From Stylophora pistillata (taxonomy: Eukaryota), in contig NW_019217911.1 of assembly GCF_002571385.2 (NCBI RefSeq), positions 1-64,000 of the forward strand: a stretch of 64,000 nt of DNA. Direction: 5' to 3'. Both the position numbers and the translations under genes were made by a program. Shown piece by piece: positions 1 through 10,969 of this stretch (the stretch's first letter is position 1; each line of letters begins with the position of its first letter). The notes under the pieces were generated by a model that saw only the letters and a list, made by a program, of their open reading frames with translations, was not told the DNA's origin and did no database searches.

Positions 1-299
1 CGATTGGGATAGTGTAGGTTATTGTAATAGGACATTAAAAAGTGTTATAGTTCGAATATATAGATTTGAAGAGATGTTTAAAACGGAAAGGAAGATTGAG
101 GTAAGTGTTATTTATGTTGTTTGATATGCAGTTTAACTTTTTGGCTAACGACTCAACTAATTTTAGACTTAGTCCAAGCTCGTAGGGTAGACAAGCCAAA
201 AGCTTTATGAACACCAAATGAATAGGAATTTATTTTCTGGGAAACATTCCAGTTATACCAGGAAACATTTTCGATGATTAAGAAAATCTGAACTAAACA

Positions 300-540
300 A
301 TTCTCTGACTTTTCAAATTTCTGGGCGGAGGAAGAGACTCTATCAGATTAAGTTTGCACTTCCGATTTGTAGCAGTACGAGCTTGAAATATCGCGGATCC
401 GGGATCGGCAAAGTACAGCTTCAATTAAGGCATTTCAAGATTCCTTTCTCATTTCTTTCTCATTTTACTGCAGATCTGACATAATTACGGCAAAAAATAC
501 TAACCAAGAGGTCGGCAAGCAAATCCCTGCCGTATCTGCA
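300..540 (+). promoter_or_regulatory. Probable promoter and non-coding first exon of the GT-TRADD-N-sacsin gene
   Basis: CpG-richer stretch with a GGGCGG box at ~323. Donor GTAAGT at 541 and acceptor ttattcAG at 1470-1471, upstream of the ATG at 1520. The 5' boundary is a guess. Confidence 0.4.
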
Positions 541-1159
541 GTAAGTTAACTTTTATTCTTCGATTCATATACACCGTATTTCCTCCGATAAGCTCCGGTC
601 AGGCGCTTATCTAAACACCTCAACAGACAGAGGCTTGTTTTGTATGAGACCAGGCAATTTATCATCGGGTGGATAGCACAGTATGTTTTGCTCACACTTA
701 TGCACTTCATAGTGACTTATTTTGTAGATGGCGTCAGACCATTATCTGAACAACTGGGGTCTGATTTACGTGTACAATGATTACACGTGGCGATCATGTA
801 TTTTTCTTTCCTATCAAATTTTTTTGATAGTAACTGTAGAAATCCTCATATGCTCAATGGTCGAGGGCTATTGTCAATTTAACAAATATCGTCCATATTG
901 CCGTGCGTCTGTTCAATAATAGATCATAGCTAACAACAAAAGTAGTGCTGTAAAGAAAGTGGCACACAAAAGTGGCGAAGCCCCCACTAAATACAATATA
1001 AAATTTTAAAATAAGGATTTCAATTTTACTCATCCTTGTGCAAACATTAGAGTGGTTTAAGGCAAGCTGGCATATACTATCAGGCTTTCAGAACTACTTG
1101 ATGTTCTCTTGAACCCACTGAACAGATAGTCACTTAGATCTGTTGGCACAATTAACTTT

Positions 1160-1318
1160 AAACAACAAACATATGAAATACATATATATGAACTGNNNNN
1201 NNNNNNNNNNNNNNNAGGTCAGTGATTCGAATCCCGTACAGGCCTGAATTTTTTTCAGGTCTGATTTTCACTATTGCTTAAATAGTGCTTTACTGCGAAG
1301 GATTGTGCACATATACGT
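1160..1318 (+). mobile_element. tRNA-derived SINE copy interrupted by an assembly gap (N 1196-1215)
   Basis: B-box-like GATTCGAATCCCG, then CAGGCCTGAATTTTTTTCAGGTCTG. The body matches the minus-strand copy at ~9449-9690. Confidence 0.7.
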
Positions 1319-1519
1319 CACAATTAACTTTCGTGTTTTTTAGGCATCTTTAATACTGTCTACTTATCTTGTATTGCATGTAGATCTTTGTGAGTAACAA
1401 GTACATCAAATGAGCAAGATACAGCCAGATGTGTATGGTCCTCTGGAATTCCTACAAAATATGTTATTCAGGGTATTGAGAGTTCTCTGTTGGCGAAGAA
1501 AAGCACAGTAATAATAACC

Positions 1520-2750
1520 ATGGCATCTTCAGAAGCTTCAACCAGTGCAAGTAGCCTGCAGGAGCAGAAAAAGCAAAGGCAGATTGATGTCATGTTTCTT
1601 TGTGATGAGTGGAGATCTTTGAAGGGTGGATTATCAACTTTCAATCGTGAGTTTGCCATTAACTTGGCAAAAGCGAGGATTGGCAGCATGAAAATCCACT
1701 GCTATGTCTCAAAAAGTAATGATCAGGATAGAGAAGATGCCAAAGAACATGGTGTAAATTTAATCATAGCTCGAAATGTACCTGGTTCAGTCGACCCCCT
1801 CTCGTGCTTGATGTCTCCACCCTCTGAGCTTCCAAATCCACATCTGGTGATAGGCCATGGAAGAAAGCTGGGTGGTCCTGCATTTTGCCTCGTACAGAAT
1901 ACAAAGTGTAAATGGATTCAATTTGTTCATGTTTGCTGTGAAGACCTAGGAAAGTACAAGAAAACAAAAACAGCTACAACAGATACAATTGAAGAGAATG
2001 AGAAGAAGCACAAGATGGAAATCGAATGTTGCAAAGCAGCAGATGCAGTCGTTGCAGTTGGCTCACGTCTACAACAGAAGTACACCAGAAGTCTGCCAAA
2101 TCTCGTAGTGGAGATTATCACCCCTGGAATCTTTGAAAGGTTTTGTTGTGAATCACAGTCGGCTATGCGTAGCTTAGTAAAGAAATTTAATGTGTTCTTG
2201 TTTGGCCGAGCTAGCTTTGAGGATCTCTCCTTGAAGGGCTATGATATTGTTGCAAATGCCATAGGTTCCCTCAGAAAGGACTTTGAGCTGACATTTGTTG
2301 GTTCATCTCCTGGTGAACATCAAAAAGTTGAGAAGTGGTTTCTTGAAAACACTCACATCAACCGCAACCAACTAACCATCCGTGGTTATTGCAGTGATCC
2401 AGAGGAACTCAAGATGATGTTCTACCAGTCAGATTTGGTCGCCCTACCTTCCCCTACTGAAGGCTTTGGGCTGGTTGCCTTGGAGGCCATATCTGCTGGA
2501 GTTCCTGTTCTTGTATCTGGTGAATCTGGAGTGGCTGAGGCTTTGAAAGAAGTAGAAGGTGGAAACACTGTTATTATTGAATCAGATGAGGATGCAGATG
2601 AATGGGCACAGAGGATTAGAGACACATCCGAAGAAAGTGCAGAAAAGAGAAGAGCCAATGCCATGAAGCTGCGAGAGAATTACAGGGAGGTTTACTCTTG
2701 GAGAAAAGAATGTGAGAGATTCAGTAAAATGATTGAAAAAGTTACAAAGG
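1520..2750 (+). CDS. Glycosyltransferase exon (GT-B fold, CAZy GT4 / Glycos_transf_1-like)
   Basis: GGLSTF N-terminal loop, FGR..LSLKGYD, and EGFGLVALEA (E-x7-E signature) followed by GVPVLVS. Donor AAGG|GTGAGC at 2751, phase 1. Confidence 0.88.
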
Positions 2751-3032
2751 GTGAGCCCCTTGTAGTTTTGCTTTTACTCATTTGTTGCTATTTTACATTT
2801 ATTGGTTGTTATGAAATTTTAGGTTTATTTGAGCCACGTAAGAAAGAATGAATACTGATATTTAGCAATTATTACACAATTCGGGCAGTCAGAGGGCCTA
2901 TAACTAAGATCAACTAATCAAAATGCTCTATTGCCGGTCAATATTCTCTAAGTATTGGACCGGGCACTGTCCAGAATGGTCCCCAATGATACCGCACTTG
3001 TGTCCCTTTGAACTTCAGTTGTATGATAAATC

Positions 3033-3178
3033 TCTTATTAACCAAGGTTGCTCGGGACCATACTGGAAGAATATCGGCCCTTAGTCTTTTTTGTATGGAC
3101 CTCGCTGCGCTTGGTCCATACTGTCAAGACCTTGGGCCAATATTCTCCCAGTACGGCCCTTGCGCTTGGTTAATAAGA
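3033..3178. repeat. Long imperfect palindrome (hairpin-type interspersed repeat)
   Basis: TCTTATTAACCAAG...CTTGGTTAATAAGA ends, with nested arms ATACTGGAAGAATATCGGCCC / GGGCCAATATTCTCCCAGTAC and TATGGACC / GGTCCATA. Confidence 0.75.
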
Positions 3179-4756
3179 TATATTATTGGATGAGGTTTAG
3201 TATGATCTCATGAAATATCAAAACCAAGGTCTGAGTTATCTGCTGAAGCTGAAGCTGAAGGCTGATGCAGATAACACAGACAAAAAGTTTGATAATTCAT
3301 AATATCATGTGGAAACTGAATTCAGTTATTGTTTATTGTACAATTTTTTACAAATTTGCAAAAGACTGCACTTCTCTCTGATTTTGCAAAATTTTGAGAA
3401 CACTGCATGGATAAAGTGGCACGAAAACTAAAGTAGGCAGACTTTGAATGCAATATATGCTGCATATATTGCATTTATCATGTCAACTTCTCATGCTATT
3501 GAATCTCTATTGAATATTCTTCACCAGTAAGATTTTCCATAGTAAGTCTAATGTAAAATAATTATCATGCAAACCCAAGAAAACCCTGCAGTGTTACAGT
3601 TACCAGATTTGAAGTTGGGCTGTATCTTTTCCACAAGTGCACTGAAGACTTTGTTAACCTTGGCTAATTAAACAGAAATGATAACTGAAAGATGGCTAAT
3701 GTAAAAAATATAGGTAAATATTTGAGAAAGCATAGTGTCATAGAGGTGATATTATGACTATTTCAATGACTAAAGCAAGCAAGTGTATTGTTCATGTAAC
3801 AATTTTCCAGCATTAAAACTGGAGTAACAAACCACAAGACTGCTGTTTAAACTTCATCAGTAAGCAGAGTTTTAAAACCTGATTAAATCTCAAAATGGGC
3901 ATTTAAAGTGTAATTTATAATATTTACGCCCATTGTTTGGCAGCTCAAAATAATTCATTTTTAATGAATTGGAAACTTTAGTATACATGTAATGGAATAC
4001 ATGATGCTTTTACTAATGGCTTTGCTCACATAGTTTTTCAAGAACAGTTGTTTTCTGATCAAAGCTGGTCCTAGAATCATATGAAACCTAACTACCCGGT
4101 AATGCCCAAAGGTTGAAACCTAACATTTAAAAAACACTCTCAGTCTTCAGTAGTAAAAACATGACATTTGTGCAAGTTGAAATTTCATTGTTTTATGATT
4201 AAATTTTATTTGGTTGGATTTTAAACATAATTTTGGTATCCATGGTTTCCTTTTTTTGTTATTTTTCTACTTTTGGTTTGTATTATTCTTTGTTTGAGAA
4301 TTATAATGCATGAGATTTGTCTTGAAAAAGAAAAATGAAGCAAAAGAAGTTTAACATCATTTTTATCAAAATTCAGTTTAGCCCTAACCCTAAAAGATAC
4401 CCTAACCCTAACTTTTTCACCTGATTTTACATTAAATAGACCTATTTGATTGCTTAATCCTGAAAAATGGATTTTTCCAAAAAAACTTGGTTCTTTGTTA
4501 GACTCACAGATGCACTGTAAATGTGCGAATGTTATTGCACTTGTCAGATATTTTCATGTTGTAAATTGTAATCATATTGAGATCAATGAGAATTTTGATC
4601 ATCAAATGGAATCAGCTAACCTGGCAAAATTAACTGAAACAAGCAGTATGTTTGATATCATTATGCTTAAATCACATTTTAATGGTCAAATAGTTAAGAG
4701 ATGAAAAAGAAAATGGAAAGTGGGATCAAATTGGACTGTTTGTTATAATTCAACAG

Positions 4757-5278
4757 ATGGTGATTTGAACATTAATGTTGATGTGGGTAGCTTGAAACCC
4801 AATGGGCAGACTACAACCTAGGCAACAGAGGCTGGAGGATGCCCAGAAGATCAATACCAGAGGGCATCTGCTGCATCACCTACTGAAGGTGGTGTGTCTT
4901 ATTCAGGAACAGAAGATCCTCAAGCACTCGAAAAGAAAGTCCTGTGCTCAATTGCTATGAATTACCTCCAGGTTAAGCCACCAAAGTCAAGTGAAGAGCT
5001 TAGTGATTTTAAGGAATATATGAGAGAAATGAGGGTCATCATTACAGGTGTCTCTGTAGGAAGTTTAATGATAACAGTGAAGTGTGAATCTCTCCAAATC
5101 TTGGAGGAATTGTGGACAGATTATTCATGTGGTCATCTTGGTGAAGTGGTTCAAAATTGTTTTGTGACTGAAAAGATCTTGAAGGAACTGAACCTGGCTG
5201 AGCTGAAACTGAAGACAACCATGGACATAGAAGAGTACAATGCAAGGAAAGTTTACTTTGAGAGAGTTGCTTTCAGAG
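4757..5278 (+). CDS. TRADD-N-like domain exon (in-frame TAG at 4819-4821)
   Basis: Acceptor ttcaacAG at 4755-4756 and donor AG|GTTAGT at 5279, phase 1-1. The peptide GSLMITVKCESLQILEELWTDYSCGHLGEVVQNCFVTEKILKELNLAELKLKTTMDIEEY matches, by recall, the invertebrate TRADD-like N-terminal domain pattern. Confidence 0.7.
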
Positions 5279-5937
5279 GTTAGTGAACAGAAAGTTATAA
5301 GACATCTTTTCACAAAATATACGAAAAGTCTTTTGGACACAGTCCATCACTCTTTCCACATGGAGTTCCACTGAGTTTTTAAGATATACATATAGTTTCT
5401 GATCAAGACAGAACTCATTGTCACACTGAATATGCTTTTGTTGACTAAAAAAAGTATGAAAGTCCTGACAATGCTAGAGGTGATTTGTTGACTTTAGATA
5501 TTGGTCTGCCTCAGTTTATAGTTTCACTATGAGTTGGTTCAATTCTCTTCATTTATTAATTTGTTTTGTTTGTCCATTTGTTTGTTATTTAAAAATAAAA
5601 CTGGTGGCACCAACCTGCCATCATTGCTTAAAAAGTGCTCATTTTCTGTGAGTTTGTTTTATTTTATTTGTATTACTGTAGTTTGTCAGTTATAGGATGT
5701 ACTTGGTTATAAGATGCACCCCAAACTTAACAACTTAGTCAAGCCAAGTTCACAAACTGAAAATTACATGAAAATACTTGGTTGTAAGACACACCAAAAG
5801 GTTGAGAGTTAAAAAAGGGTAACTCAAAATTAAAATGGAATCAAGTAGTTTTAGTCAGCCTTGATTTTAGTGGAGGGATTATGAACAAAAGATTTATGAA
5901 TATGGTGTATCTTTAGAATAATTAGATCTCTGCAATA

Positions 5938-6093
5938 CAGTCAAACCTTGATTATCTGAATCTTGATTATCCAGAATTTTTTGATGATCCAGATTTGCCT
6001 TCCTTAATATTCATATCATTGATTATCTGGACCTCAATTTTCTGGATTTTTCAAGCTATTCCTTATGAGTCTGGATATTCAAGGTTTCAACTG
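5938..6093. mobile_element. Tc1/mariner(pogo)-like MITE
   Basis: TA|CAGTCAAACCTTGATTATC ... GATATTCAAGGTTTCAACTG|TA: imperfect TIRs with TA flanks. Confidence 0.65.
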
Positions 6094-6150
6094 TAAGCTG
6101 AAAATGAATGGTAAACACAAATGTGTTTTCTTTTCCTTTTTTAACTCAAG

Positions 6151-6252
6151 ATGCTTTAAGCTCTCAGTCACTTTTCATCAGTTCTGAAGATCAACCACAT
6201 TTGGAAAAAAGGAGACAGAAGGTAGAGGTTGGGGAGTCAGAGAAAAGTAAAG
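6151..6252 (+). CDS. Linker exon copy A (DALSSQSLFISSEDQPHLEKRRQKVEVGESEKSK)
   Basis: Polypyrimidine tract plus AG at 6149-6150, donor AAAG|GTAACT, 102 nt, phase 1-1, open frame. Confidence 0.75.
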
Positions 6253-6344
6253 GTAACTCAAAAACTCAAAATAAAACCTCTTATTGACAAATGTAATAAA
6301 ACAAATTTTAGCATGGGTTTTTACAGAAACCCTTGCACAGTCAA

Positions 6345-6545
6345 CCTTTATCTCCCTTAGATCTGATTGTTTAATCTCCCATCCAGCTGCAACACATTTC
6401 CATGTAAATTAGTTACGAGAATTTTGTGTTTGATAAAGATGGAAACTACTTGATAACATTGACTATTCTCATTACCTATTTGCTGGATAATGCATGGATA
6501 TTATAGGGAGAAGTTAAATGCTGATGATGTCTGGAAGTTAGAGGG
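6345..6545. mobile_element. Copy of an abundant ~200-bp TTAA-flanked (piggyBac-like) MITE family
   Basis: Ends approximate CCCTTTAACTCCC...GGGAGTTAAAGGG with (T)TAA flanks. Related copies at ~8060-8290, 33760-33970, 37930-38140, 39066-39251, 42591-43089, 45770-45985 and 49055-49280. Confidence 0.6.
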
Positions 6546-6649
6546 TTAATCTAAGGAATTTGTTTTGAACAATGATAATTTGTGAAGAGTCACTGAATAA
6601 CTGTCATCTCTTCCTGTGTTGTTTACTGCTGTCATGAAAAATATTACAG

Positions 6650-6793
6650 TATGTATCTCACACCAATCAGATCGCTGCATTAGGCTATGTATCTTGCACT
6701 AAACAGATCACTGCATTAGGGTATACATCTTACACCAATCAGATTGCCGCAGTAGGGCATGCATCTCACACCAATCATATCACAGCATAGAAG
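6650..6793. repeat. 36-bp tandem repeat, 4 diverged copies
   Basis: Unit TATGTATCTCACACCAATCAGATCGCTGCATTAGGC at 6650, 6686, 6722 and 6758. Confidence 0.8.
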
Positions 6794-7867
6794 TATGTTT
6801 GCAACAACCAGAGTGTCAGGGTGAGGTCTCTCGTGTCAATCATGTTGTAACTGCAACTCCGTCACAGTTTGAAATGCGTATCTTTTTTAATCTCGACGAT
6901 TCACTTGTACATAAAAAAAAAAAAAAATACAGAATTAACAATGCGAACTTAAACCCAACGAAACTAAAATACAACGAAAGGAATACGAAAAAACACAGGT
7001 AAATACAAACGAAAGCGTAACTACTTACAAGATCTGTACGGCACTCCGGAATAACAACGACTGAATAAAAATTTTAACTACGATGTTATATAGCGGATAA
7101 AGGCTAAAACAATAGGTGATTACATGAAACAACGCTGACAAACTTAATTTATATTTTGAAAGCACGAAAAAATACAAACTAATAAATACAGAACTGAACT
7201 ATCGAGACGAGAACTATTTACGCTAATTACAATTAACAAAGACGAACGACAGAACTGATAAAAAATAACTCTCGTGGCTACACATGTTATGGCATTAGGG
7301 TGCTGCAAAATGTTGCAGTGGAATCAACCCAACATTGACGCACACTAAGAATAACAATTACAAAGAACTGTGAGGTCATCTACCTAGTGAAATGGTTCAC
7401 GTCCTTGTTGAGGACCTCGTTGCTATCATCTGTTTGTTTATGCCATATGGTTGCTCTTTTGGCGGAGGTTGAAATGATCAGCAAGCTGTAATTACCTTCT
7501 GCGTTGACTGCCATTTTAAATATAAGTTTCTTTGCTTTTAAATGTTCTTCATGAATAACATCTTGAGTTTAAACAGTATTTTCTGATACATTTACATAGT
7601 TACTTGTCTCAATTGCTTAGCCTTCCCCGATTTAAATGAGACTGTACTTTAAATCTTGATGATATGGATATGTAACTTCTTTTAACTTATTCGATTTTAT
7701 TTTTGGCTCACGAATATTCATGTTATTGATTTTCCGGACTCTCTATTATCTGGACTTTTCAAGCCGATCCTCGTTAGTCTGGTTATCCAAGATTTGGACT
7801 GTTCACTGAAAATGTAGTTTGAAGTGAATGTTAACACGAATGTGTTTTCTCGTACTTTTTATTTAAG

Positions 7868-7969
7868 ATGATTTAAGCTCTCAGTCACCCTTAATCAGTT
7901 CTGAGGATCAACCACATTTGGAAAAAAGGAAAAAGAAGATAGAGGTTGCGAAGTTAGAGAAAGGGAAAG
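7868..7969 (+). CDS. Linker exon copy B (DDLSSQSPLISSEDQPHLEKRKKKIEVAKLEKGK)
   Basis: Paralog of 6151-6252 with the same length, phase and flanking intron sequence. Acceptor tttaAG at 7866-7867, donor AAAG|GTAATT. Confidence 0.75.
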
Positions 7970-8790
7970 GTAATTCGAAAACTCAAATCAAAACTTGTTA
8001 TTGACAAATGTAATAGAAGAAAAATGTTGGCATGGGTTTTTAGAAAAACCCTTATGCAGTCAATGCTTGGACTCCCAAGATGTGATTGTTAAATCTCTCA
8101 TCCACCCGCTACACATTTCCCTTGTAAATAAGCTCAGAGAATCTGTTGTTAGATCAAGATAACAACTTCTAACTGATAAGTTTGATTTTTCCCATCACCT
8201 GTTTGCTGGCTTCTGTTTGGATATTATAGGCGGGNTGGATGGGGGGGGGTGAAGTTACATGTTAATCACTCCTGAGAGTGAAAGGGTTTATAGAAGGAGT
8301 TCGTTTTGAACAATGATAATATTTTAAGTGTCAGTTACAAACTATAATTCCTTGCTGTGTTCTTCACTGCTGGTCGCAAAACATAACTGGCATTAAATTA
8401 ATGCTTTTTTAAAATAACAGTTGCATTGTGTCGCACCTCAACCCACCCATCCAAAAAAAGAACTCTATGCATGCCAATGTTATAAATTTGGAAAACTCAT
8501 GATCTTGAGAGGTCGCCTAAGTTCGGAATGTTGTCAGAATGTAAACTCTCCAACAGATTGGTAATATAACCAGAGCCTTATGGTATACGTAGTCACTATG
8601 GTGAGTGCAAACCATGCACATCTTGTTAAGAATTTTCATAGAGATCCTAAAAGGAAAAAAAAAGAGATGATTCAAGAATAAAATTTACTATTTGGCTCGT
8701 TCGAGAGGTAATGTTATGTTTATAAGTTGTTACGCTTACACTGATTAGTTTCGTTTTGCTAATCCTTGCAACGATTTTGTTTCTGAGTAG

Positions 8791-8885
8791 TAAAAGGGAG
8801 GTCCTATGGCCAGAGGAGACCTCCGCTGACCCACCTTTTGAAAAGTATCTTGGAAAGATACCCTGATGGAGGACAAATCTTAAAG
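8791..8885 (+). CDS. Sacsin SRR1 first exon ([32 protein letters not shown])
   Basis: Characteristic sacsin motif YPDGGQILK. Acceptor gtAG at 8789-8790, donor AAG|GTATGA at 8886. Not present in the supplied ORF track. Confidence 0.9.
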
Positions 8886-9448
8886 GTATGAAAGATGATG
8901 TTTGTCTCTGCATTGCAGCAGATCAGTAGGAACTTATAAAGTCAACCCGGTTTAAAAGGGAACGATTAAAAAATATATGGTAATCCTGGACTGGGAAAAC
9001 ATTAGCAGTAGTGGAGTGTTCAAAATTATCGTGTACAGTGTGAGGAGAAAGAATGGTTTTCCGGAGAAATGGTCGATTGAATTCACAACATAATTAATTT
9101 ATCAAGAGTAACCGAAATTTTTTATGTGAATCGTAACCGAGAGCAATTTATTTTCCGTGTAAGGAGAATTAAACGGTCAATTGTCTGTGATCGCCTAAAT
9201 CTTAGAATTGCATAAACTCTCCTTGCTGTTGACTCAACAATAATACTTTGGTCATGAATTCATTACTTTGGAATAGCAACTTGCATCATGTACCTTCGTT
9301 ACTCTTACATAACATCTACAAAACATCTTTCCCAAATCCTTTGAAGATCACTCAGTTTAGAATGGGATTGGTTTTTGTTTCTCTCTCAATCCATTAGTTA
9401 AATAAAACAAAACTGGGGTCTCAAAAACAAAGCAATACATACCCCAGT

Positions 9449-9690
9449 ACGTATGATGCACGATCATCTCAGTAGATGGCGCTATTTATGCAGTAGCGAA
9501 AATCAGACCTGAAAAAATTCAGGCCTGTACGGGACTCGAACCACTGACCTCTGCGATACTGGTGCAGCGCTCTACCAATTGAGCTAACGAACCAACTGGG
9601 AGCAGGCCTTTAAGTTGATTCGTAATAAACCCGTGAAAGTGATAAATGAAATACAATGAATATATGAAGTTTAAATATATGAACTTCATA
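9449..9690 (-). mobile_element. tRNA-derived SINE
   Basis: The minus strand has A box TAGCTCAATTGG and B box GGTTCGAGTCC, followed by a non-tRNA body shared with the copy at 1160-1318. Confidence 0.75.
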
Positions 9691-9858
9691 TATTCATTGT
9701 ATCTCACATGCCCCAGTGTTAATGAATACAACTTATTTGTAATAAGTGCCAAAGTTTTCCTAGCCCCGAAGATGTAATGAGCAAAATATCCACTTGTAAT
9801 ATACGTTAAACCATCTATTATGAGAGGTATTATTCCACAATTCTTTCAGTTTCAAGTA

Positions 9859-10060
9859 CAGTCCGACCTCTATTAAGCGGCCACCTATTAAGCGGCCACC
9901 CTCCATTGTGCGGCCACTTTCTAAAGTCCCGATTTATTTGTCAGTTAACTGCTCTATTTGATACCTCTTTTCAACGGCCACCTCTATTAAGTGGCCGCGG
10001 CCACCTTTTTGCTGTCGCAAGTGTACTATTTACATAGTTTTATACCTCCATTAAGAGGCC
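9859..10060. mobile_element. Left end of a TA-CAGTC type DNA transposon derivative with internal (TATTAAGCGGCCACC)-like repeats
   Basis: TA|CAGTCCGACCTCTATTAAGCGGCCACC, with several sub-terminal repeats. The right end was not identified (gap nearby). Confidence 0.5.
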
Positions 10061-10165
10061 AGCATTGGCAGGGGTCGCACTTACGCTTTTGGTGTTTACA
10101 TTGGACATAAAATCTGTCATCGCGTGCTTGCGACAAGTGCGACCCTTTTGTGAGTTTGACTAATG

Positions 10166-10171
10166 GTCGTG

Positions 10172-10220
<49 letters not shown>

Positions 10221-10250
10221 TGTGGGTGAGGGTAAGAGTCGTGGGTGTGG
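10166..10250. repeat. (GGGTCGT)n / (GGGTGT)n G-rich simple repeat
   Basis: Directly visible; more than 8 GGG runs, so G-quadruplex-compatible. Confidence 0.85.
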
Positions 10251-10292
10251 TTAATACTTAATAATAAAAATAACCATTTAAAATATTAAATA

Positions 10293-10969
10293 NNNNNNNN
10301 NNNNNNNNNNNNNNNNNNNNNNNNNNNNNNNNNNNNNNNNNNNNNNNNNNNNNNNNNNNNNNNNNNNNNNNNNNNNNNNNNNNNNNNNNNNNNNNNNNNN
10401 NNNNNNNNNNNNNNNNNNNNNNNNNNNNNNNNNNNNNNNNNNNNNNNNNNNNNNNNNNNNNNNNNNNNNNNNNNNNNNNNNNNNNNNNNNNNNNNNNNNN
10501 NNNNNNNNNNNNNNNNNNNNNNNNNNNNNNNNNNNNNNNNNNNNNNNNNNNNNNNNNNNNNNNNNNNNNNNNNNNNNNNNNNNNNNNNNNNNNNNNNNNN
10601 NNNNNNNNNNNNNNNNNNNNNNNNNNNNNNNNNNNNNNNNNNNNNNNNNNNNNNNNNNNNNNNNNNNNNNNNNNNNNNNNNNNNNNNNNNNNNNNNNNNN
10701 NNNNNNNNNNNNNNNNNNNNNNNNNNNNNNNNNNNNNNNNNNNNNNNNNNNNNNNNNNNNNNNNNNNNNNNNNNNNNNNNNNNNNNNNNNNNNNNNNNNN
10801 NNNNNNNNNNNNNNNNNNNNNNNNNNNNNNNNNNNNNNNNNNNNNNNNNNNNNNNNNNNNNNNNNNNNNNNNNNNNNNNNNNNNNNNNNNNNNNNNNNNN
10901 NNNNNNNNNNNNNNNNNNNNNNNNNNNNNNNNNNNNNNNNNNNNNNNNNNNNNNNNNNNNNNNNNNNNN
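10293..10969. other. Assembly gap inside a sacsin intron
   Basis: Run of N. The flanking exons join into a contiguous motif (ILK|EIIQNADDA), so no exon is required in the gap. Confidence 0.98.

Noticed and set aside
2-106. Open frame DWDSVGYCNRTLKSVIVRIYRFEEMFKTERKIE ending at a GTAAGT donor
   Set aside because: Truncated by the window edge, no recognisable motif, and no convincing partner exon.
1490-2851. Bacterial contaminant or stand-alone MshA-like glycosyltransferase
   Set aside because: It is flanked by canonical splice sites and host SINEs and is phase-linked to downstream exons. The TTG start at 1490 is not needed (ATG at 1520).
4381-4413. CCCTAA telomere-like repeats
   Set aside because: Only four interrupted units inside an intron; not a telomere or a meaningful interstitial array.
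9520-9600. tRNA gene
   Set aside because: A/B boxes are present but there is no good acceptor stem, and it continues into a repeat body found elsewhere in the window; it is a SINE head.
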